Source: Trichosphaerium sp. ATCC 40318
Lineage: Eukaryota; Protista; Tubulinea
Direction of reading: 5' to 3'
Assembly (NCBI GenBank): GCA_038496445.1
Contig: JALMLS010000276.1
Span: forward strand, 1-64,000
DNA: 64,000 nucleotides
Shown here piece after piece: positions 36,728 to 50,241 of the stretch (the first letter of the stretch is position 1; the number at the start of each line of letters is the position of its first letter). A model generated the notes under the pieces. The model saw only the letters and a program-made list of their open reading frames with translations. It ran no database searches and had not been told where the DNA came from. The translations under genes and the position numbers were made by a program.

Positions 36728-39700
36728 ATGCATGGATGGAGGCAACTTCACGATAGATATTACAGGAACAATGAACTCTACAAATTACCATGGGACTTGG
36801 ACTTCTCAAAGTACCAGTTCGTTGGTTGTAGTTTTGGAGGACCAATAGGTGCGTACAATAAAAATAAAAAAAAAAGGAAGCAACTGATACCGTAATCATT
36901 AATTTTACACTACCATACGCTTCAACACTTTCTAGCAGCGAAAACGACTCGGAAATTTTTTACTTCAACCGAAACTAACTCCAAATCAGCAATAACGCGC
37001 GATGATAACAAGATTGTTGCCGTAAAGGGCGAATTAACGCCTATGATAGACGTATACACATCTGCAGGTGTTAAAATCTCTTCCTTCCCTAGACCAGTCG
37101 TACAGTCAGCAAAAATCGTAAAAATGGGCTGGTCGGATCTAGAACAACTAGTTATAGTGATGAGGTACCGCTTATTGACACTTTATTTGAAATCAGATAA
37201 ATATGCGCAAAATCCTTCGTTAATAGCTTCATAGTCATGGTGTCGTTATGTTATACAACGTATCAGGAGAAAAACAGCGAGAATTCACTCTGGGCGGTGT
37301 ACGTTGCTCCTCTTTTTTTTTCATCTACGCGAGTAGAGCTGTAACATTTTTTCTAAAACAGAATGGCCACTGACGTCCTACTTAGATTTACAAAGAAACA
37401 GATATCGAAGATGCAATCATATGGGGTACAGGCTTAGTTGTAATGACGCGAGAGTTCAGATTCTTCACAGTAATGAACTTAAACGATCCATACAATTTTC
37501 GTCTTAAAGATCCTGGACCAGAATTCATATCTGCTCCATCTTCTTGGACAATTATAGAACCACAGTTTACCAGACATAAAGAATGTGTTGATGTCATTGT
37601 TGCAACAAAGTCTGGCACTGTATTGGTCATAAATCATCGTCAGTGTCAGGACCTCATGTTGAATCTTGGTCCATTTACAAGAATGGCTGTTGCTCCAAAA
37701 GGAAAAATTTTGGCTTGTATTAACAGCACTGGTAAGGTCTGGGTTGTATCTACAGACTTTCAACAGAATCTATCTACATTTGATACAAAGAGCCCACAAC
37801 CACCTGATCAACTTGTATGGTGTGGTAATGATGCTGTCGCATTATATTGGCAGTCTGATAGTTTATTGTTTATGATTGGTCCTTTTGCGAACTGGCTTAA
37901 ATATAACTATGAGCATCCTATCTACCTTGTACCTGAGTGTGATGGTATACGTATAGTATCAAACAATACATGCGAGTTCTTGGAGCGTGTTCCTAGTACG
38001 TCAAAACTGTTTTATCAAGGACCTAGACCGAGGTCACTCCCGAAGAGCTTTTTTTTCTTTTTTCTTTTTTGGATTGATGTTTTGGGGTTTTTGTGTTTTA
38101 GCTTTTTGTCACGTGTTATTTTACTTATTTTTGTATTGTAGATGTTACAGAAACAATTCTCAAGTATGGATCTGTTGAGCCTGCAGCACTACTGTATGAT
38201 GCTCTTCAACATTTTCAAGAAAGAAGTCCAAAAGCAGATGAGAATATTCGCGCTATTAAAGAAAAGCTTCCAAAAGCAGTAGAACAATGTATTGAAGCAG
38301 CAGGTCATGAAATAACACAAGAGACACAGCGAAAGCTACTTAAAGCCGCTTCATTTGGCAAAGTAAGTCAAAAATCTTTTTTTGTTTGAAATTTCGTTTT
38401 TTTCGAAGAGAAAAAAGCAGTTCCTTTACTAGATCAAGTGTATACACTTGCTTCTCTTTTCTCGACTGCTTCACTGCCAGGACTATATTGTACATAACCG
38501 CATCCTCCTTAGTGTAGTGGTTTAGCACGGTAGCCTGTCACGTTGCCAACCCGGGTTCGATTCCCGGAGGAGGAGTTCAAAACAACTTTTTTACCTGTTT
38601 CGTATTTTTTTCTGATTTGGAACTTTTTAGGCTTTCCTTGACTTCCGTGTTACTGGATTCCCTCCTGATTTATTCGTTGATACTGCACGTATTGTTAGAG
38701 TACTCAATCAAGTCAGAGCACAGTTCATAGGACTACCAATAACCATGCAACAATATAAAATCTTGACTCCAGAGAAGCTCATAGAAAGATTGATTCAGCG
38801 TCACCATCATCTCCTCGCTTATGAGATATGCAACTACCTAAAGCTAACTCTCCTTGAAGACTCGGCACATCGTGGAGGTCCACTAAAAGGAGATCCTCTT
38901 GCGTATAAGGTTTTAATCGACTGGGCTTGCTGTAAGGTTAAAGGAACAACAATGGATGTTCAACAAGTACTTCAGCAAATAGGTACCAACTTCATACTTG
39001 GCTTCGTTTTTTGTTGCTCACGTGATATTTTTCTTTAGTTAACAGGTTGAAAAACGCACCTGGTATATCATACGCACGTATTGCATCTACAGCACATGTA
39101 GCAGGAAAGAAGGAACTCGCCACAATGGTAAAGAAACGTGAAAAGAAAACTACTTTTTGTTAACCTTTTATTTTAGCTCCTTGATTATGAGCCAAAACCT
39201 GACTCTCAGGTTCCTCTTCTTATATCAATGAACCAGCCTTGGCGCGCTCTCGATAAAGCCATAGCTTCAGGTAACACAGACCTTGCTATGCTTGTCATAC
39301 TTCATCTCTACAGAGAGCACAAAGATTCGTTTTTTGATACTTTGGCAAGAAACAAGGTCGCTCTTGCTTTATACATACAGTACACTCGACAAACCGATAC
39401 AGGTCTTCTACAAGAAGTATATAGATATCTAGGACGTAAAGACTTGGAAGGAGACCTTGCATTCCGTCAAGCATTGACAAGAACGAAAGCAGAAGAAAGT
39501 GATAAAATATGGAAAAACGAATATCAAAAAGCATCATCTCTTTACAAGTCTGTTGATCACTTTAAACAAAAAATGGTCGACGAAAAACTAAGTCTATTAC
39601 TCGACCAGAGAGATCTCGAGGCAGGTGGTGATAAATCAGAGGAAAATCGTTTTGTTGGATCTAGTTTATCGAGCACAATCTATAGGTTGATTTTGCTTGG

Positions 39701-40351
39701 AAATAATAAACGTGCAGGTCAATTAAAGGATAAGTATAAAGTACCTTCTAAGAGGTATTGGTGGATTGTTATAAGAGCATTGGCTGCTTCTGGTAATTGG
39801 CCTGGTTTAGAGAAACTAGCTAAAGATAAATCTCCTATTGGATACCGCCCATTTGCTCAGATTTGCATCGATGAAGGTACCTTTTTCTTTCTTTTTTTTT
39901 CTCAAAAAATTCTTTCTTTATTCTTAAAAACAAACCAAAAAAAAGGCTACAGTACTATGGCTCTGGCTCTCAAAAACAACTATTTATATTTGAAATTTTC
40001 TCTAATTTCGGAGTATTACTCTTGATACAAGCCATTACAGTACGAGAGCAAATCAGATCAGACTTTTTTTACGTTTTTTTTTCAGTCAGCTTTCATCTTG
40101 TTCGCTCTTGTTGTTAACTGTTTTTTTTCTTGTCAGGCAAGAATGATGAAGCAGTAAAGTATATTCCAAAGATATCAAGCGCTCAAGAGCGTATTACTCT
40201 ATACGCTAGTATTGGTAGATGGAAGGAAGCTGTTGATGATGCTATAAATCTTAAAGATCCAGAGCTACTACAACAAATCGCTCAGCAGTGCAATGATCCA
40301 TCGGTGGCCAATAAAATCCAGCATATCTTGCAGTCTAATAGTGGAAGATAG
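36728..40351 (+). CDS. VPS16: Vacuolar protein sorting 16 (HOPS/CORVET subunit)
   Basis: Motifs RYYRNNELY...FGGPIA, PPDQLVWCGNDAV, PECDGIRI, LLKAASFGK, LRVLN-like VRVLNQVR, GISYARIA, YKVPSKRYWW and KSPIGYRPF. Confidence 0.95.
38503..38575 (+). tRNA. tRNA-Asp(GTC), inside a VPS16 intron
   Basis: Acceptor TCCTCCT/AGGAGGA, D arm TAGTGTAGTGGTTTAGCAC, anticodon loop CT-GTC-AC, T arm CCGGG-TTCGATT-CCCGG, discriminator G and a downstream T run. Confidence 0.95.
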
Positions 40352-40600
40352 ACACTATACCCAGTTCTTAGATATATTGAAAGCCTAATACAAAGACTTC
40401 CAGATCAGATTTTTTATGAAAGAAATCGTATCTGACATATGCGGACTTGGCCTATTTTTTCTCTCTTCAAATTTCACTCATGCAGCTAGTAGTTTGCAGT
40501 ATGTAACGAGAAGCCTATAGTAGTGTAAATTAACAAATAAAATTTTATCTCATTTCAGTAAAAGAGAGAGGTAAACTGTTGAGTTGCGGAGAACAAGAAT

Positions 40601-42676
40601 TTAAATCGAAAATATTTTTTGTTGGATGTTTTTGTAGTACCTTTGTTTTGATTTTTTTTCAGTTTTGACTACATCTGCTTTACGCCATATATGCATAGGA
40701 TAGAGCTTTGATAGTAATGTTGGATAGTAATTTGCAATTCCACCGCCACCCATTGATACTATATCACTTTGAGATACACGAAGCCAATCACTTGGTGATT
40801 TCAGCAATAAACGTGCTTCAAGTGCTAGAAAAAACAAAAGAAATCAGCCACAACAACCAGCTTGTATTTTTCGTTATGTATGTCAAACAGCCCAACTATG
40901 CGGTTGTAATAACCGTAGGAAGAGTTTTGAAGAGGTGCAATCAGAAGGATAAAAAAAGGAAAAAAATGAGAATCCATGCGTACATTTAAGGAAGGCTAAA
41001 GCGTTTTCTGTAACTTGCCAGTACCCTTGCTTTACTTTTCTAGCAGGTGAAGATCTACAAATAAACTCATGAATAATTTTACTATTTTATCACGTGGGAA
41101 CAAACAACGAACCTAAATCTTGATGAATCCCATTGGAACTTTGGATAAATAGTCTTTAACGCTTTTAACATTGACTTGCCATACCTATGAAGAAACAAGT
41201 AAGGTCATTGATTGTGAGCGTAAATTTACCTCTCCATTAGCCCAGAGCCACCCATAGATACAATAACGCGATATTTCACATCATACCAACCTGAAACTGT
41301 AGTGATACCAAATTCCTCAGCGACTTTGTCGAAAAAGGTTTCTTGATTTTGTAAATCGTCAAAATATCGTTTCGGAACCATCCTAGTTTCATTCATCAAC
41401 AACTTTTCAATCACCACAGATATGTTAAACGCATTCACAACGTACTCAAACTTTTCTATAGACCATTCGTATTCATTGTATATTGCACATAGTGCAGAAG
41501 AGAGTGTATTGTTGTGTCTATAAAAGAAGTTAATTCAAAGAGAAAAATGCAAAAAAAAACCCGAAACGCACAGTGACAACACAGTACCACCTTGACGACA
41601 TATTATATCTTTTGCATTTATACAATACCATTCATCCATACAGTATACATCTAATTCATGTCCAAGACTATCAAAAAGAGAGCGCTGATTATCCATATTG
41701 TCCCAATATCCATCAGGAACTTGCTTCCTATTTGTTTTTAATTGTTTTTTTTGACATCTTAATTTCAGCTCATGGACGTACCATGATATGCCTTGATCCC
41801 TTTTATAGTTTTTATATGTGTCATTGAGCATAGTATATATTGAATTACCGCTCCTGATAAGGATATTAGGTAACTCTTGAATGAGAAAGTAAATGTCCAA
41901 ACCTGAGCAGTAATCCACTTCCACCGCATTGTAGAATATCATGATGGGTACATTTAAGCCAGTCATCAAATATTTTGATACCAAGCTCTTCTGATATACC
42001 TTCCAAAGCATTTTTTCTATTACTAAGTACGTTCCAGTACGCTGAGGGCATCTTACTGTAAACATAAAAAATCAGTTTACAAAAAACTTTCATCAAAAAA
42101 TTAAACTCAGAAAAGCAACCTCCCTCACTCTTAGATACCCATCTTTTATACCGTAGTCAGTATACATTAATGATTATATACGTTGATTACAATATCACAG
42201 TGAAGGAGGCAACAGGCGAGGTGAGGCCTCGAAATTTTGGGTTTTGAAAAAACAAAAATCGTACGCAAACTTATATTTTTGCCAGGTGTATTGTGGATAC
42301 ACAGATGCAAGTGCAATGCTTAAACAGCCCCCATATCTAAGGCGGATTATAAATAAAGCGAATGACACCTGTTTTACTCACTGTTGAAGCACTTGAACGC
42401 CTCCAGCTTCTTTTACTTTTTTGTATGTGACAGAATACCACTCGTTTAACGATTTTACGCCTAAGTTTTGTCCTACGCTATCAAGGACAACAGCTTGATT
42501 CTGTTTTTTGATCCAAAAGCCATTAGATCGCCTAACACGTATTAATTTCACGAAAATACACTGGCAATGGGTGTGTGATGGTTTTAACGTGTGACATGGC
42601 AGGTTTGGCAGAATGCGTGCCTTGGTTTTTTAACAGCTCGTGGCTTTAGCGCTAAGCACACTCGCGGTGCGTTCAT
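40601..42676 (-). CDS. Tandem ~70-aa repeat protein (GxW..NQ...D.....LG.....WY.V....I...GG.GL), possibly organelle-targeted
   Basis: At least five repeats, e.g. NGFWIKKQNQAVVLDSVGQNLGVKSLNEWYSV and DGYWDNMDNQRSLFDSLGHELDV..MDEWY. Basic N-terminus. First intron is GC-AG. Confidence 0.7.
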
Positions 42677-42873
42677 GCGTCAACTAAGATTCTGGCGCAA
42701 TCTACAAAATGCGAGTCTACAAAACAAATCCAACTGTAGTCAAACACCTATTAATGCGCTATAGTTGGTCTATCCTTACTTGCCAGCCAGGAAAGCTAAA
42801 GAACAAGTCAAGACGAGTACAGGCTGGCAATATTTTGCCCACACCACTCTATTTTTGAAAAAGGGTGTACACA

Positions 42874-44961
42874 ATGAGCTCCAGAGAGTACGAGAGAAAC
42901 CTAAAACATGTTGAAGCGGAGAGACGTAAACCCGCAAACAGCGTTTGCATGGATTGCCCTATAAAGGTAACTGAACGCCTTTACCAAGTGAGATACACCA
43001 TTAAAATCAACGTTAGGCGAATTACCTTAACATGACGCACAAAACGTTCATATGCATGTTGTGTAGTGGTATACAGTGCGTAATAATACTTTTGAGCAAT
43101 ATAACTGACATGCATAGCTCTGAATTCTCTCATCGCGTCAAAGGTATTACCATGACCAACTGGAAGGACGCTGATGTAGTTGCAATAAAAGCCGGAGGAA
43201 ATGAGGTTAGTTCTCATGAAATTGCATAGTAATTTGTTGTAATACATCTAACGCACGTAATTAGCTCGCCAGGAGTACATGGTTGGCAGAATGGCCAAAA
43301 GGTACGGCAGTTAAAACCGTTTATTTCAAAAGCACTAGATTTGACATCTAATAGGCAAGAAGTTACCTACAGAGAGGAAAGACATCAAAAATCACATAAA
43401 CGACGTTTACATTAATAAAAAGTACCAAAAACCTTCCGTTACACCTTGAACGTACATCTAATTGATACGCAGGTACTTCAAAGCCACAGTCCGAAAAACG
43501 AAGAAAAAGAAATCGACTCAACCAGCAGCCACCACGTCTGCCCCAACTGCTACGCCTACAATGAGTGTACCTATAGCTCAAAACCCAGTTGCAACACCAC
43601 AACCAACAGGTACGCCGAAAGCAAACGCCGAAAACCGAAATTTGCAACTGATTTGTTTTATTACTTTAAAATGCGCCATCAATGTCTGCCAACGCTGTGG
43701 GGTAACTGTATATTACATTCCAAATCAAAACAACCTTTTTATTGGGCTTTAAGGCTGCTGAGAAGCAGAATCTCACGGCGACATTTCTCAACAAAAAAAG
43801 TTGATTGAATTGATTTCTTTTTTCTTCGTTCGCAACGTAACGTGCTTCAAAGGGTTTCTTTTTTCTTCTATGACTCACAGGGTATTTAGTTGGGAATCTT
43901 CTCGATTTTGGTATGCCTTCCACAACGACTAATAATACAGCACCATCACCAGCGCCTACACAACTTTTACCTGATTTTTTAAGCGATTTTACAGCACCAC
44001 CAGTTACCAACACTCAGCAACCTCCTGGGCAGCTAATGGGCGGATTTGGTAGCCCTACTATGTTCTCAAGTGTTACACCAGCTCCACCACACAACACCCC
44101 AGTTGTACGTGTACAAGCGAAAAACCAACAAACGGGTCTCATTTTTTTCTATATAATTGTGCCTCTGTCCTCCCTTTTTTTTATGAATTCTTGTCCTTAT
44201 TTAATTACTAGGCTATTGGTGCACAGTTTCCAGCTAGCTTTGGAAATTTATCTACATCTCCTAATGTTCAAGGTACACAAGGAGTACCAGGCCAAACACC
44301 GCCTACAAATGTTCACCCTGCGAATGATCCTTTTGGACTCGGTATAGGCACAACAGCACCTATGCAGATGCCTCAAGCACGAGGCATTGTAGTCAATAGT
44401 ACGTAGAATAAAATGAAAATCTATTTATTGTTACAGGCGCTTGGATACACAACCAACCGTTTGTTTTGTATTGACATTTTGTTTGTATTTTTTGTGTTTC
44501 GTTACTGACTTGTTTTAGCACCTCATAATACCCCAAGTACTGGAAACACACCTTCTGGAGGTTCTCTTGATTTCAGTTGGCTTGGTAATTATAAAGAGGA
44601 CCCTACAGCGCGTGATAGGATAATAGCAAAGAAATTACAACAAGAAGAAGAAAAAAGAGCTAAAGAAGAGGAACAAAAAAGAAAAGCTGCTGAAGAGAAG
44701 AAGCGAAGAAGGTTAGCTAGAAAGCAAGCCAAAGCAGCTAGTAAAACCCAAGTTGATGATGATATGGCTCTTGCCATGAAGCTTCAACAAGAAGAGTACG
44801 AAAGAGAGAGAAGGCGAAGGTAAGCTGGTTTTTATGCTGTTGCAACAGAAGTCAAGTTTTGATGTTTTTTGTTTAGAGGTGGAGGCCGTTCTCAACAAGA
44901 GATATCTGATGCTGAATTAGCTAGGCGTCTACAAGCACAATTTCAGCTTGGTGATAACTAA
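42874..44961 (+). CDS. ArfGAP (AGFG/Gts1-like) with C-terminal UIM-like motifs
   Basis: Motifs PANSVCMDC...TFICMLCSG, HRVKGITMTNW and GGNE. Pro/Thr-rich middle, then DDDMALAMKLQQEE and SDAELARRLQAQF. Confidence 0.88.
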
Positions 44962-45195
44962 ACTCTGAGAGATGTGTAGAAAAATAAAAGCGAGGAGCGC
45001 TGCTGTATTGATAAACAAAAAAAAAAAATTTAAACACCATTTGCAAGTTTTGTCTTAGCAAAGTCCTGACTTTGACTGGAGTGTCAAAAACACTCAAGGT
45101 TTATCTATGACTCAAGGTTAGTTTAAGGCTCAGCAGTATCTGCTAAGGCATGGTTTGTTAAGCAACCTCAGCACCACAATTCCTACGTAAAAAGA

Positions 45196-46597
45196 ATGCT
45201 TGGTGCAGAAACGGAGTACGTTTTTACCGTGGAACGAAATGGTTCAATTTTAACATATTAACGAACTCTTTTATCTAATTGTTGTAATAAGGCCATTGGA
45301 ATTGCTGTATCTGCCTACAGAAATTATATTTTGTATTCTGGCGTTTTTGGACAAGAAATGCCGTGTATCTGCAACGTTTGTATGTAAACTGTTTTCTACA
45401 ATCATTTTAGAGCATTTGGGGTATAAAGCGGTTACAGTAAAGTCTAAAAAGAATCTACACAAACTATGTGGAAGCCCTCTTTTAAAAAATACAAAAGTAT
45501 TTATTTCCGACATTTCTATGACTGATGATGACTTCAAAAACGTCTCTGGTGTTAATCACCTTGAAATAAATAGTAACTTGTCAGTAACAGATACCATGTT
45601 GGAGCATATATCAGGTGTACATCACCTGAAACTAAATGTACAATCGGTTAAAGTTGAATGCAATTTTACATGTCTTGGATTTAAATCACTTCGTGGTGTT
45701 CATACACTACTACTATCAGGATTCAAGTTAAAAGATGAATGGCTTCAAGGACTTGGTGGTGTCCACACAATTGATGTTTCACGTACAGGTATAACAGATA
45801 AAGGACTTGCAGCCCTCTCTGGAGTTCATACTATTAATTTGGATTATTGTTACGATTTCACTGATGAAGGTGTTGCCAGTTTAGGTAATGTACACAAGAT
45901 ACAGTTTACCTATAGTAGTATTACAGATAAAAGTGTAAAATCACTAACAAATGCAAGTGAAATAGCCCTTTGCAGTTGTTACAACATTACAGATGAAGGA
46001 GTAAAGTATCTACTAACACAAAATCAAAAAACAAACAAGATTAAAAAAATTAGTATTGAATGTTGCTCACGCTTATCAAACAATGTGTTTAAACTTCTTG
46101 CTGGTATACCTTGGATAGAGTTGTATGGTTCTGTACAACTAAAAGATGATACCTTATCATGTTTGGTAGGAGTACAACATATTGACTTGGGTGGATGTAA
46201 ATCTGTAACAAATGATGGGATAAAACAATTGGCAGGTGTAAAAGCAATTGGTCTTGCAAATCTTGATTGTGTTGATGACAGTACCTTGAAGGTACTTGCT
46301 GGAGTACATTCAATATTTCTTGGAGAGACATCTGTGACAGATAAGGGTTTAGGCTACTTAGTTGGTGTTAAAGTAATAGAACTTGCGGAATGTGAGCTCA
46401 TTACTGACAAAGGAGTGAACAGACTTATTGGTGTTAAGAAACTTGATCTAGAAGGCTGCAAGCAAATAACAGATGATGGAGTTGGTAATTTAACAAGCCT
46501 TGATGTAATTAACATTGTTGATACTCAAATAACACAACAAATGGTTGATTATCTAGGATGCACGTGCAGTGATGAATACATGTGGCCAACATTTTAA
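45196..46597 (+). CDS. F-box/LRR copy 5 (intact)
   Basis: Exon 1 MLGAET(E) 45196-45215 and phase-2 intron 45216-45291. Then F-box LLYLPTEIIFCIL, linker SPLLKNT and the LRR array. Confidence 0.9.
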
Positions 46598-47170
46598 TGG
46601 TATTGTCAGCTATCTTGAACCCAAGCACCGAGTCAACAACAGTGCTTAGCTGTAAAAGTGTTGTATATTACAAGTAAAACCAATAAATCTACTTAGCTCA
46701 AGCCACCTTACTGTTGTTATAGCCTACACATAATAACCCTAGCCCTTCGTATGGCTTGTCTGCACAATAAAACGTGTTTTCTGGTTATTTTGCTCTGCCT
46801 CACAGAACGATTGATCTTCATTGTGCACCATTTAGCTGCTGGAGGTAGTAGATCATTAGTCTTATGAGACAGAATGCAACGCTTGGAGTAGAGTTTTCAT
46901 GTGTTCGGCTATTTTTAGAGTAGTTTTTTGTGTTTTAAGTAATTTTTGCCTTCGCTGGGTGTTCTCTTCTACCTGCCAATGAAGATATTGAGGTATTGTG
47001 GAAACACGTGTATTCCAATTATGACAGATGTGAGTTTTACCGGTTCGTGTACTTCCGGGCTCGCTTGTCTCGACGCCATCACGACTTAAGACAATTCGCG
47101 GTTAAGTATAAAACCCAACAATACTACCAATTCAGTTATTAATTAAGACCATAACGAGCTACAAATATAA

Positions 47171-49337
47171 ATGAATAAAGAGGAAACTTCCTTGGATGTA
47201 AAGAATGCTGTATGGGAATTTTTCTTCCACAGAAACTCCCGTGTTATAGCTTACGTTGTTTTAGAAGGCTACGAAGATACAACGCTTATTTAGAAGCTAC
47301 AGCGCGCGTAAAAAAGGCAAAGACTTGAGTACGTCAAAGCTACAATAAATTAACAACAAAACGAGGGAGAATTATGGCGATTCGCTGTATGATGTGCTTA
47401 TTTTTTTCTAGTTTTGTTACACGTGCGACGAACCTGTATTGCCCAAGAAATGCTTGAAACAGAAAGAAATTACGTAGATCATCTTACCATGCTAACATCG
47501 GTACGAAAAAGGAAGTTTCACATGTTTTTTTTTTTTTTTTTTTTTTGTGTCACGTGATTGACTTTTTCTTCTAGATTTTCTATAAACCTATGAAGTTACA
47601 AGGTGTTCTTAATGAACAAGAAATGGATGCGATTTTTATGAATGTACAAGATATTTTACGTATGCACAGGGTAAGATCTTTTATTTAAACTAGTTTTAAG
47701 ACGCTTGACTGATGTTCTTCTTAAGCGGATTCTAGAACAATTAGAATATAAATTAAAGAGGTGGGGTCATCAACAAACCCTAGGAGATATTTTTACTAAT
47801 GCTATAAGCGATTTTTCGATGTACAAGGTAAGTTAAAACAACACAACACTCAAGTGGAAAAACTTTTTTTTTTTTTCAGCTTTTAATTCTTTTTTTGTAG
47901 ACGTACGCACTACGATACCCTGATGCCAGAAAGACTTATAAAAGATTAAATAAGGAATCTATTGTATTTAGAGACTTTCTAAAGGTACATATTGTAACGC
48001 TATGCGGAGTCACAACTCACTTTTTTAATTCAGATTGCTTTGTCAAGTCCAATGTGCTTGAAATACGACTTTGCTGATTTCTTGATAACACCAATTCAAC
48101 GGTACCTATCTTCGCTTTCATAACGTCTAGAAACACTAGTCTGACAATTGTATTTAGGTTACCTAGATATGCGTTATTACTTGCAGTACGTGTGAAAGCA
48201 TCAGTCAATGTTGTTCAAAAAAGATCGTTAAACTGGAACTCAAACTAACCACCAGTTTACAAGTTAATCTGTAAATCTGGTGATCTTTGATGCTCTATGT
48301 TGAAGCTAACTTGAGGACAACTTGATTGACTTTTAGATTATTTTATATGCTGACAATTCGTTAGAAAATGAAAAACACAACGGATATTCTTCATCCTGAT
48401 TTTAATTATTGTCGTGTTGCTGTAAATCGATTACAGCTAGTACTCACATATATGAATCTATCTGCAGCTAGAACACGTGACAATGAGATAACAAGCGACA
48501 AGGTCCAAGAAATGTTCAATAAAATACCTAGACGAGTAGTACGTTACAACGTAGTTCTTGTGCCGCTTCTGACTTGTTCTAACAGTGTCAACAAATTGAA
48601 AAGTCTAATCTTGACAACTACCTCTACGAAGGACCCCTGGAACATGTTGATAATGTAACCAGTAAGAGGACTTCATTGTATGGATTCTTGTTCAAGGAGA
48701 CGTTGATATTAGCGAAACACATCAAACGTATGAACATTAAGTTCTTTTTTTTTTACTGATATTTTTTTTAGCTGGAATTTTTGGGAGGACAAAGCTTCGG
48801 TATCGCCTCACTGGATATAAATTTAGTTCTGCCACTAGCGTAAGACTAACAAATTACGATATTCTACCAAGAATGAAAGGTTCGTAGTCCCACAAAACAT
48901 ACACAAACAAACAGAGAAAAATACTTTATTTCTTTGGTTTTTTTTATTTAAAAGTACTTGCTCTTGTCAGTACTCACGTGCCTCAATTTATGCGAGATTC
49001 TGCTTTATTTGTTACCCTATTTTCTTCCATTTAACTATACACTTTTGGAACGGCTGTCACCTTCGGGTAGGTACTTACATTGTTTTGTTTAGGGATAAAA
49101 AACGCTTTTGAATTGATGCATACAAACCCAGGTCATCAATCTTTTATTCTGGTTGCACCTTCAAGATCAATAAGAAATGAATGGGTTAGTAAACTTAATA
49201 AAAAGAGACGTCTTGATTGTCATTATTCAAGACTTACAAGAGCAATGCATATATCATCTGAAGAACCAAAAAACAAAACTCCAAGCCTAGTTCAAAACAA
49301 ATGTAAAAAAAGAACTTTCGAAATAATCACTAAATAA
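47171..49337 (+). CDS. RhoGEF (DH-PH)
   Basis: DH motifs IAQEMLETERNYVDHL, IFMNVQDI, LGDIF, FLITPIQRLPRYALLL and HPD. PH motifs LYGFLFKETLILAK and NAFEL...RNEWV. Confidence 0.9.
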
Positions 49338-49344
49338 ACAAACA

Positions 49345-49980
49345 CGTGTACACTGCTCTTCCCAGATTGTATGTAGTACGTTGTAAGATATGTACGCGAA
49401 ACACATTGCTAAGCTGTTTGAGCCATTAGTCTTGACCAATTCATGTACGTTATTTGGGAGCCTTTGTTTATTGTTTGTCAAGGATTAGATCTGACAGCTA
49501 GTGACTTGTGATACCTTTTTGGTGTTCATAGCATATCTCTGCACCAAGCTACTATAACTGATGGAGGTATAATCGAATTAGTGCAACAAGGAAAGCACAC
49601 CATTCACGACATCGATTTGTCCCACATAGAGATTACAGATTCTTGATTGATTGCACTCAGAGTTGTTCACAATTAATATTATGGGTTGCCGCAAGATTAG
49701 TGTTGACACAAATAAAGGCACTGTACATGAAATTAGAATCGATCCAAAAGAGTCATGGCTCAAACATCTTGGGAATGTACACTATTTATGTTAAGTGGGA
49801 TCTCGATAACTGACAATGCACTGAATTTATTGATCAAAGGGAAGAAGTTATATTTGAGTGCTTGTCTAAAGAAAACAGACCAAGGGTTCCACAATTTAAA
49901 TAATCTTGAATAACGCTCAATTTTTGTAGTTTACTTACAAACGATTGTTTGAAACACTTACCTTCTCTCAAAACAATTAA
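49345..49980 (+). pseudogene. Decayed F-box/LRR copy 6
   Basis: Fragments QQGKHTIHDIDLSH and VHEIRIDPKESWLKHLGNVH. Shares a 61-nt identical block with copy 4. Confidence 0.75.
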
Positions 49981-50241
49981 AACCGTGAGGAATTGGGTAT
50001 AACTTGGATATGAAATAGTGTTTTTGAATGAGTACTATCATAAGCTCTAATGGTACTGAATGCTGACAACTGTGTTAGCTGCAATGACGTTACACAGCAG
50101 TAAGAGTTATAAGAGGATATTTGGTACGATTTTGACTTTGTATTTTGTGAACCTTGGTGTTGAGGTTGTTGGTATTTAGCCTCCATAATGTTGTTGTCAA
50201 GAATCAAATAAACACGTTTTATTGTTAAGGTTTATTCCTGA

